A stretch of DNA of 50,014 nucleotides. Origin: Candidatus Cloacimonadota bacterium (GTDB lineage Bacteria > Cloacimonadota > Cloacimonadia > Cloacimonadales > Cloacimonadaceae). The stretch covers positions 1 to 50,014 of the forward strand of contig JAKLEY010000001.1 in assembly GCA_022711455.1 (NCBI GenBank), in the 5' to 3' direction. The notes below the pieces were generated by a model. The model had not been told where the DNA came from. It worked only from the letters and a program-made list of their open reading frames with translations, and did no database searches. Made by a program: the position numbers and the translations under genes. This document shows positions 43,220-50,014 of the stretch, in pieces (within the stretch, counting starts at the first letter, position 1; every line of letters begins with the position of its first letter).

Positions 43220-43984
43220 ATGAAGATCGGCTTATACTATTTCAGTGGCACCGGCAATACTTTGCTGATCGCAAGGGAGTTTCAAAAAGCTTTCCGCGCT
43301 CAGGGCTCAGACTGCGAGTTGATTCCTTTGGAACAGATCACGCAAAAGACCCACGACATCAGCTTTAATGATTTTGACATGGTGGGGCTGGGCTTTCCGG
43401 TCCACGCTTTTGACGCCCCCCGGATCGTTGATGACTTTATCAAATTGCTGCCCGCGAAACGCGTGAACTACTTTTTGTTCAAGACAGCCGGCAGCGATTT
43501 TCAGCTTGGGGGTTCCACGCGCAGATTGAGGCTTGCTTTGGCAGAGCGGGGCTGGATCCTGAAGCATGAATCTTTCCTTGAGATGCCTCCCAATGTGGCT
43601 TCAAATCCGTCTCAGGAACGAGTTGACACAGTAGTTGCCAAAGCCCGGGCGAGGGTTCCGGAAGCAGTGGAACAGATACTGACAGGAAAGCGCATAGTTC
43701 TGCGCGACAGCTATATCCAGCGAGCTCTCAGCATCATAAACCACTTTGAAAATCTGGGCTGTTTCATGGGTTCGTCAAATTGGTACACGGATAAAAACTG
43801 CATCCTCTGTGGCAAATGCGTGCGCGCTTGCCCCACCCGGAATATCCGGCTCAGCTCCGAAAAGATCAGCTTTGGCCATAGCTGCATCTTCTGTTTGCGC
43901 TGCTGGTGGAATTGCCCGCAGCGGGCTATCAGACACAGGCATACCCAATGGGCGTTGTTGAAGAAACCGTATAAGCTGGGATAG
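43220..43984 (+). CDS. EFR1-family ferredoxin (flavodoxin-like domain plus 2x[4Fe-4S] domain)
   Basis: N-terminus MKIGLYYFSGTGNT. Two cluster motifs, CILCGKCVRACP and CIFCLRCWWNCP. Confidence 0.8.
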   Translation: MKIGLYYFSGTGNTLLIAREFQKAFRAQGSDCELIPLEQITQKTHDISFNDFDMVGLGFPVHAFDAPRIVDDFIKLLPAKRVNYFLFKTAGSDFQLGGSTRRLRLALAERGWILKHESFLEMPPNVASNPSQERVDTVVAKARARVPEAVEQILTGKRIVLRDSYIQRALSIINHFENLGCFMGSSNWYTDKNCILCGKCVRACPTRNIRLSSEKISFGHSCIFCLRCWWNCPQRAIRHRHTQWALLKKPYKLG

Positions 43985-43997
43985 TCTTCAGGTGGTG

Positions 43998-44052
43998 ACG
44001 TGTCTGTCCTCCGGGACTCCTCAAAACCGCAAAACTCCAAAACTCTAAACCG
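43998..44052 (+). repeat. Solo right-end fragment of the nested-palindrome element plus an AAAACTCC word tail
   Basis: gacgtgtctgtcctccgggactcctcaaaaccgcaaaactccaaaactctaaaccg aligns with 43049-43105 (acgtgccgtctctgcgagactcctcaaaacccgaaaactccaaaactccaaaacg). Confidence 0.8.
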
Positions 44053-44064
44053 ACAGCCCGGCAC

Positions 44065-46881
44065 TCACATCTTCAAAACTTTGATAACTCGCTGTTCACC
44101 GGCTGTTTTGGCCATGACAAAATATATCCCGCTGGCTAGCTGCCTCTGATGATCGTCCCGGCCATCCCAGATCAGCTTGTTAGTGCCTTGCTGCAGTTCT
44201 GTGTGATCCAGACTTCGCACCAATTGTCCCCTTAGATTATAGATCTCGATCTTGGCCGGGCTGTTGCGTTTGCATTCCAGCTCTATCTGCATTTCCTGTT
44301 GGAATGGATTGGGATAAGAACGCAGCGAGCTGAGGTCCGGACCTTCGTTTTCCGTGGGATCCAGATTCTCTACCGGGGAAGAATTCAACTTTTGCATATA
44401 GAGTGCGGAATTGATCTGATTGGTCCAGATCACATAGGCGTAGCCATTCAAGGCTGTGATGCTCCGGGTTCCCGTCGTGAGAGGATAGATAGAGCTATCA
44501 TCCGGCCAATAGTGGTTAGTTGCAGAACTAAAGACGTAATAATCCATGTCATAGAGTAGTACGATGAATGTTCCGGGGCTTATTTCGACTGCTCCAGAGG
44601 GAGATGTCCAGGGCCAGGCTACAGACCAGATGTTGTTGTGCTGATAGTCTTTCTTCATCAAATTGCTTTGATTGCTGCAGAAAAAACCATTTCCGGTCGC
44701 CCCCAGATAATCCATACGGTTGCTGGTCAAACCAGTGCTACCCCAGTTGATCGCACCGGAACTGCTCACATATTGGTCTGTATTTGCACTTCCATAAGCT
44801 CCCTTGATCAGGATACCATCAGGACAGAGCATGTGGCGTTTATAACTTACTGTAGTATAATAAGTTCCTTCCATATCAAACACAGTGGTTCCGACCGGAC
44901 TGAAAGCAGGCAGGATCTGCCCCTGGGCATCAAAGCGCAAGGCTCCTACCCAAACGGGAAGCCATCCAAAGGAATCGACATAGAAATTGCTGGCAGTATA
45001 GATCAGCCAATTACCTTCCATAGCGTTCACATCCAATCCGTCGAGCTCCGGGATGGGCAACATGGATGCGTTTAAGAGGCTTAAACCTGAGTGAGCATGG
45101 AGCGGAGTGGAACCTTGATAAACCTGCATCCTGAGATCAAGGTTGGAGGAGGTCCAGGAGAAAAACAGTTTGCCACCGGTATACGTCAGGCCAAAGATGG
45201 AGCTGCCCCCAACATCATTACCTTCGGCAATGATTCTGCCGTAGGGACCCCACAGCTGATTCCCGGAGGCATCCAAAACCTGCGCCATTATTTTGCGGTA
45301 GCTGCTTAGGTCTGTCCATGCAAGGCAGACGGAGCCGTTATCCATCGCGACTGCCTTCAGCTCGCTGTAGTTTCCTGCTGCTCCGGTGGAGGGTATTATC
45401 CCCGTCTGAGGCAAGAGAAAAGATCCATCCGGATTCACATATTGGTAGTTTATACGGGTAGAATTCGTGGGCACATTTTTGGTGATCCAGGCGGTTAAGA
45501 CTCTGTCCTGAGCCGGGATCACAAGGGGATTGAGAACCTTTCCGCCGGATCCGCTCATCAGGATCTGTTCAGCTCCGGGGTTACCGCTGGCAGGCAGGTC
45601 ACGCCGAATGATGGAACCGGCGTCAGGATCAAATCTGCCGAATAAGAAGCTGAGCGTTCCCCCGTTTGCCAGGACGGATACACGATCCTTACTTGTGGCT
45701 AACTGCAGGTCTTGAACGATGCTCACAGGCCCTATTGTGTCGCTAAACCCGTTTTGATCTATGCGGTAGGCCAAACAAGTCTTACGGGTCCAGCCGTAAT
45801 TGTAGGTCTGGGTTTTGAGCCAGACTAGATTGTCCGAGACTTCAGTCAATTCCAGGAAGTCAGAAGTGTTTTCCCCCGTGAGTGCTGCGCTTTCATCAGT
45901 CCAGAACAGGTTGCCGTTGGAATCAAATCTTTGCAAATAGACCAGGTTACCGCCAAAGGCTGAAGCCAGCAGAATTGAACCATCAGTTAAGAGGATCGCA
46001 TCCAATCCCCTGCAGGCAAGAATCCCCATATTCAAAAGGGAGACGGGGTTTTGCCAGATCGGCTCAGATTGGGCGTTGAGCCGGAATGCTTTTACCTGCG
46101 ATAAATTTGCTGCCCAGCTGGCATAGATGGCATACTGATCTCCGGAGTTTGCAGTTACGAGCTTGACTTGATAGATTCCGGTGGCGTCATTCACCAGAGT
46201 CTGTTGGGTCACAATTCCGGCCACCGGATCCAAGCTCATGATCCTGAGCTGAGATCCCATCCCGATCAGGCAGAGCAATTTATTGTCGTCAAGCAGCTTC
46301 GCGTCGAAGAAAACCTGGGCTTGCCCATCCGCAGGCAGTGTGAAGTGAAGAGTAGGATCATGTCCCATGGATGGCAGGTAACGGATATATGTAGCACTGT
46401 TATCATCAGGTCTGCATAGATTCCATAGCCCCCCGGTATGGTCTGGAATTATGCGGAGCTGGGAAGTATCGTTGGCATAAGCCGTATTCAGCCAGAGGTA
46501 TTGACCGGACGCATTGATCCGGACTGCTCTATAGTAGCCATCAGTTAATTTGAGAAAGAAATATCCCCCCTCAGGCGCGGGGCACATCTGCTCTATGTGA
46601 TTTACGTTATTAGTGAAATTGACTATTTGGGGATTTGGCATGAGGGGCTGGTCCTGAGCATCGAACTTCTGGAAATGGACCTTTCTTATGCCATCCACGT
46701 CCGGCATTGTCCAGAGCAGGTCATAAGCCCCATTACCGGTGGGACAGACCAATCCGCTAAAGCGAATGCTTCCATCCACCAACAGGCGTTTAGGCTCCGG
46801 CCAGAGTTGGCTGGCAAACAGCGGAACAATCGAGACTGACACTATCAATGCCAGAATAACAAGCCGGCAAAATCGTTTCAT
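44065..46881 (-). CDS. Large secreted protein with T9SS C-terminal sorting domain
   Basis: Start placed at MKRFCRL (ATG at 46881, AAGGAGG RBS), followed by a signal peptide. The CTD is SYPNPFQQEMQIEL...IEIYNLRGQLVRS...GIYFVMAKTAG...IKVLKM. The body has no motif I recognise. Confidence 0.7.
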   Translation of the reverse strand: MKRFCRLVILALIVSVSIVPLFASQLWPEPKRLLVDGSIRFSGLVCPTGNGAYDLLWTMPDVDGIRKVHFQKFDAQDQPLMPNPQIVNFTNNVNHIEQMCPAPEGGYFFLKLTDGYYRAVRINASGQYLWLNTAYANDTSQLRIIPDHTGGLWNLCRPDDNSATYIRYLPSMGHDPTLHFTLPADGQAQVFFDAKLLDDNKLLCLIGMGSQLRIMSLDPVAGIVTQQTLVNDATGIYQVKLVTANSGDQYAIYASWAANLSQVKAFRLNAQSEPIWQNPVSLLNMGILACRGLDAILLTDGSILLASAFGGNLVYLQRFDSNGNLFWTDESAALTGENTSDFLELTEVSDNLVWLKTQTYNYGWTRKTCLAYRIDQNGFSDTIGPVSIVQDLQLATSKDRVSVLANGGTLSFLFGRFDPDAGSIIRRDLPASGNPGAEQILMSGSGGKVLNPLVIPAQDRVLTAWITKNVPTNSTRINYQYVNPDGSFLLPQTGIIPSTGAAGNYSELKAVAMDNGSVCLAWTDLSSYRKIMAQVLDASGNQLWGPYGRIIAEGNDVGGSSIFGLTYTGGKLFFSWTSSNLDLRMQVYQGSTPLHAHSGLSLLNASMLPIPELDGLDVNAMEGNWLIYTASNFYVDSFGWLPVWVGALRFDAQGQILPAFSPVGTTVFDMEGTYYTTVSYKRHMLCPDGILIKGAYGSANTDQYVSSSGAINWGSTGLTSNRMDYLGATGNGFFCSNQSNLMKKDYQHNNIWSVAWPWTSPSGAVEISPGTFIVLLYDMDYYVFSSATNHYWPDDSSIYPLTTGTRSITALNGYAYVIWTNQINSALYMQKLNSSPVENLDPTENEGPDLSSLRSYPNPFQQEMQIELECKRNSPAKIEIYNLRGQLVRSLDHTELQQGTNKLIWDGRDDHQRQLASGIYFVMAKTAGEQRVIKVLKM

Positions 46882-47040
46882 GGGTGCCTCCTTGAAGTGT
46901 TTGCCTGAAACGGCATGTCTTCCGGAAAATTTACGCTTGAGCGTGAAAGCCATTATCTAAGCTGAAACATACAAACTGTAATTGCAAATAATAGTCAAGC
47001 TTTTTCTTGGGACTAAGGTGAAAGCTCCCTAAATGTAACG

Positions 47041-47190
47041 GCTCACTTATTCTTGCATGCCAGCTCACCATTCTTGCATGCCAGCATTTTCGTGTAGATA
47101 CAGCTTCGCCTACAGATGCACTTTCAGGTCTATTCATCTGTAGGCGTTAGCTCACCATTCTTGCAAATTAGCTCACCATTCTTGCATGCT
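47041..47190 (+). repeat. Four 21-bp direct repeats (two tandem pairs) flanking a 12-bp-stem hairpin; iteron-like or arm-site-like
   Basis: GCTCACTTATTCTTGCATGCC at 47041, then AGCTCACCATTCTTGCATGCC at 47062, AGCTCACCATTCTTGCAAATT at 47149 and AGCTCACCATTCTTGCATGCT at 47170. The hairpin is CGCCTACAGATG (47107-47118) / CATCTGTAGGCG (47135-47146). Confidence 0.9.
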
Positions 47191-47191
47191 C

Positions 47192-47848
47192 CTAAAACGG
47201 TATTGCCAGTAACTGATACTTGGCAGGGTCTGCATCAAAGTTATTTCCAACTGTAATAGTGATTGTCACCTGGGTTCCTTCCAGAGCTATGTCAGATATA
47301 TAGAGAAAACAGTTACATTGATTGGTCAGGACTACATGCGGAACAACCACGTACTCCTTATTCAACACGTGTGTGATATACTTGTCATCATGGCAACTAG
47401 CGGGAGAGCTCAGAGTCGTATCACCAACGCCTGAGTCCTGATCTTGCAGCTCATAAAGTAGCTTTGATAATGGTAGTTGAAACTCAGCCCCAAGATGGTT
47501 CAGCCCTACAGCTTCATTGGCTATCTTCCCTGCAGTAACCACTCCATCCAGGATGTGATTGCCATAGATGCAGTCATTCTGCAGTCCCCTGGCATCGAGT
47601 TTACCGATAGTACAGGTCTTGCCACTGAAGCTGCCATTAGCATTGCCCCGGTCATCCCATACCTCATAATAACCACAGTCTTCTTCATCTGTAATGAAGC
47701 ACTCATAATACCCGGATGTCTCAGTCTCAGTCAAAGGCAAACCATTCACCCAGTCAGCACCCGGTCTTAGTAACCGCACATCCACGCCGGATAACGGCAC
47801 TCTCTCGCCAAGCTTCATCTTGTAATAGCTAATCCCATATTTATACAT
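47192..47848 (-). CDS. Phage tail-fibre-like protein
   Basis: GAGGT RBS, 218 aa. The segment NHILDGVVTAGKIANEAVGLNHLGAEF resembles the I.DG.IT..KI.. repeats of tail fibres. It is the last gene of a tightly packed module. Confidence 0.45.
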   Translation of the reverse strand: MYKYGISYYKMKLGERVPLSGVDVRLLRPGADWVNGLPLTETETSGYYECFITDEEDCGYYEVWDDRGNANGSFSGKTCTIGKLDARGLQNDCIYGNHILDGVVTAGKIANEAVGLNHLGAEFQLPLSKLLYELQDQDSGVGDTTLSSPASCHDDKYITHVLNKEYVVVPHVVLTNQCNCFLYISDIALEGTQVTITITVGNNFDADPAKYQLLAIPF

Positions 47849-47856
47849 ATATTACC

Positions 47857-48309
47857 TCAATTTGATGTCACAAAGTCGTTGTCATCTTCTATTACGATGA
47901 TCCCAAAATCAATGTATCCTGGAGATCCTACATATCTGGATTCCAATGAAAACTTCACCTTCTCCGGATACTCATGCAGATCATCCGGACACTTCGGCAG
48001 ATTCGTCACTCTCACCGGGAACTGGCTCTTAACTTCATTATACGCAGTATATTCCAGATAAAGCTGCCCTGCTGCAGTGATGAAACTCACCAGAGTGTTA
48101 TACTCCTCAGGCGTCAGTATTGCCTGCAAATCAAAGCTATCCTCACGATATTCTTCTCTCTGATGCAGTATGGATGGATCAAAGGCATTCCTCTTCTCCA
48201 GTCGGTACTTCCGCCCCGGATTATAGTCCACCTGTCCGTTGGTACAGTTAAAGTAATGCACACCCCCAGGTGTCTGTCGAATCAATCTAAAACCACTTAT
48301 AACAGCCAT
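47857..48309 (-). CDS. Phage-module hypothetical protein
   Basis: 150 aa. It overlaps the upstream gene by 13 nt and ends 9 nt before the next start. No motif recognised. Confidence 0.5.
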   Translation of the reverse strand: MAVISGFRLIRQTPGGVHYFNCTNGQVDYNPGRKYRLEKRNAFDPSILHQREEYREDSFDLQAILTPEEYNTLVSFITAAGQLYLEYTAYNEVKSQFPVRVTNLPKCPDDLHEYPEKVKFSLESRYVGSPGYIDFGIIVIEDDNDFVTSN

Positions 48310-49784
48310 GCTTTCACCTTATACTCATCATTTACGTAGTCTCGCTCAATCTCAGTTATGGCATAAACGAGCGTCTTGATCCTGATCTTGCTCTGCAGCG
48401 ACAGACTGTATTTGGATAGCTGATCAACAGTAGCTTCAATGCTCCACTTGGAGTCATAAAAGTCGATCAGATAGCCCTTAACTATGCCCTGAAGCTGTGT
48501 CGTATCACCAGCCAACACATCAATAGCAGTGATCCCCGGCTTCTCTTGGTTACCCCGCTTCGTCACAAAGCTAATCACGTCCTCATCTTCTATATCTATA
48601 ATAGTAGCGGAATACGCGTCCTTATTCTTCAAAATGATCTGCCCTGCAGCATTAGTAAATATCGTGGCATTATACAGCATCAGCATCCCTTGCAATGCCT
48701 TGATATTGTCCGTCTGCTCTTCCTTATATGTCTCATAAGACTTACCCGGCTGTATCCGGCTGGGGAAGATGTTGCCGCTGCACTGCGCCTCGATCCAATG
48801 ATCCACATACTGGCTGCTCATATAGCTCCGTCCATCCAAAGTCCCGGTACTGCTCAGTCCGTTAAACAGTGTATTGCTGCTGATGCTATTATCGTTAAAA
48901 AAGCTCAAAAACTCGTTATAGGCATTGTCAACGGATGTGATATCTTCTTCCCACCCGGTCTTCTCATCATACTCCACCACGATAGGACAAATGCCATTCA
49001 GAAAGCGGTAAACCTTGCCCCTAAACCTGCCCTGATACCGCGTAGTCGCAGGACTGGGATAAGTTGCCTGGATCACCTTCTTGTAGGCAAAGACGAATGT
49101 GATCTTATTGCTGGGAGTATCAACCAGGTATCCCCAGCAAGGTCCCGGCCAGCCACTGCTGTGATAGCTGTATGTCCAGCCATTTGCAGGGTTAGGGAAC
49201 TGCAGCAGATCATCAAAATCCACATGCACAATCGTCAGTGGCGATCCGGACGGAATCAAGTGAGTAGGCACCGCAAACTGATTCAAATACGGGATATTCA
49301 CCGGAACCGTCTGCTGAATATCCTGCAGAAAATAAGCCAGTATCCAGATCGGCAGATATCCCGCTGTAAGGCTGTAATAATGCGTCAAATCCGAAAACAC
49401 AGACATCAGCTTGATCTTGTCATAACACGTGAATTTCACGATCCCGGAACTCACGTCATAGCTCAGTTGCGATGTATCGATGATCCCCGTAAAAAACAGC
49501 ACCCCATCCCGGTAAACCTTCACCTCAAAATGCGATATATACCGCTCATGCTCATTGCTTCCGGAGAGGATGTTATCATTGATCCAGCCCGTAGGAAAGC
49601 ACTCAAATACCAGCCTTTTAGGCTCTCTGGAGTAGTTGCTCACGCTCTGTAGTTTATCCCCGGATATCGTCAGGCTGATGATCACTCTGTTCGCGGCAGT
49701 GTCCACCAGGCTGTGCTTCACCTGGTTATAGTCGCTGGCATCTGTCTTGCCCTGCACAAAGTCTATCTTAAATAGGTTTGGCAT
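48297..49784 (-). CDS. Phage tail/baseplate-like structural protein (follows a Gly-rich tape-measure-like C-terminus)
   Basis: 495 aa with a GAGGT RBS. It starts 4 nt after the upstream stop. The function is assigned by position only. Confidence 0.4.
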   Translation of the reverse strand: MPNLFKIDFVQGKTDASDYNQVKHSLVDTAANRVIISLTISGDKLQSVSNYSREPKRLVFECFPTGWINDNILSGSNEHERYISHFEVKVYRDGVLFFTGIIDTSQLSYDVSSGIVKFTCYDKIKLMSVFSDLTHYYSLTAGYLPIWILAYFLQDIQQTVPVNIPYLNQFAVPTHLIPSGSPLTIVHVDFDDLLQFPNPANGWTYSYHSSGWPGPCWGYLVDTPSNKITFVFAYKKVIQATYPSPATTRYQGRFRGKVYRFLNGICPIVVEYDEKTGWEEDITSVDNAYNEFLSFFNDNSISSNTLFNGLSSTGTLDGRSYMSSQYVDHWIEAQCSGNIFPSRIQPGKSYETYKEEQTDNIKALQGMLMLYNATIFTNAAGQIILKNKDAYSATIIDIEDEDVISFVTKRGNQEKPGITAIDVLAGDTTQLQGIVKGYLIDFYDSKWSIEATVDQLSKYSLSLQSKIRIKTLVYAITEIERDYVNDEYKVKAWLL

Positions 49785-49787
49785 AGC

Positions 49788-50014
49788 TTATACCTCGCTC
49801 CGGATCATCCTGCCCATCTCCGCTATCTCGCTGATTCTCACCGGATTATTATCCAGCGGATCAATATGGATATCAAACGCCACTCTCTTCTCCAAGAGCC
49901 TTCCCAGCTTATTATCCAATGAGCCCAGCAAAGACGTCACCGCATTCGATCCAGGCACGCTTCCTCCGCTTGCAAAAGAATATGATCCCCCACCATCCGC
50001 TCCGGCCACAGCCG
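49788..50014 (-). CDS. C-terminal fragment of a phage-module protein (possibly tape measure); the 5' end lies beyond the window
   Basis: The frame is open to the window edge. The sequence is a Gly/Ser-rich stretch GADGGGSYSFASGGSVPG followed by a helical tail. Confidence 0.4.
   Translation of the reverse strand, partial: AVAGADGGGSYSFASGGSVPGSNAVTSLLGSLDNKLGRLLEKRVAFDIHIDPLDNNPVRISEIAEMGRMIRSEV

Noticed and set aside
40309-44052. Integron gene cassettes, with the palindromic elements acting as attC sites.
   Set aside because: The elements (~210 bp) are longer than typical attC sites. Their ends do not fit the RYYYAAC/GTTRRRY core sites. The bracketed genes are in opposite orientations and appear to have their own upstream promoter-like sequences. 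No intI gene or attI site is in the window.
47192-47848. A diversity-generating retroelement target (tail-fibre-like gene at the end of a phage module).
   Set aside because: I could find no second copy (template repeat) of the 3' end of the gene in the flanking DNA, and no reverse transcriptase ORF is in the window.

Overview
About 50 kb of bacterial chromosome with high coding density: roughly 40 protein genes (most on the minus strand) and one tRNA. No database search was run. All product calls rest on motifs I recognise in the translations. Gene content (three proteins with T9SS-type C-terminal sorting domains, a GldA/F/G-like ABC set, a DUF5916-like outer-membrane protein) suggests an FCB-group or Cloacimonadota-like organism; this is inference only.

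Genes in order:
- 3' end of an M3 oligoendopeptidase, then lipoate-protein ligase.
- A 1044-aa GNAT fusion protein, a secreted beta-propeller, a GyrI-like protein, a DUF4143 AAA ATPase, pirin, and TfoX.
- A secreted YafJ-type class-II amidotransferase carrying a T9SS tail.
- tRNA-Ala(CGC) and valS.
- A Sel1-repeat gene whose 5' part sits in another frame across an A8 tract.
- A LamG protein and a lipoprotein.
- A four-gene PDH-type 2-oxoacid dehydrogenase operon (E1a, E1b, E2, E3) preceded by a radical SAM/SPASM gene.
- A ten-gene same-strand array: two YtrA-type GntR regulators, an ABC ATPase plus membrane protein, a HlyD-type adaptor, a GldA/F/G-like ABC set, DUF4340, and GNAT.
- A small AT-rich islet with an orphan MNT nucleotidyltransferase, a 22-codon HEPN stub and an HExxH protein.
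- Two large secreted repeat proteins and a CaCA antiporter.
- A DUF5916-like OM protein, an EFR1-type ferredoxin, and a 938-aa T9SS cargo protein.
- The end of a phage-like tail module, from 47192 to the window edge.

The most unusual material is non-coding. Nearly every intergenic gap holds GTAG-headed REP-like hairpins of several families, degenerate period-7/8 word microsatellites, or a CCGCT-word/G-rich dispersed element.

The lead candidate is a pair of ~210-bp nested-palindrome elements that bracket the OM-protein gene. Base substitutions between the two copies keep the hairpins paired. A third, solo end lies downstream.

Four 21-bp iteron-like direct repeats around a 12-bp-stem hairpin mark the junction with the phage-like module.

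I found no CRISPR array, rRNA, transposase or integrase in the window.
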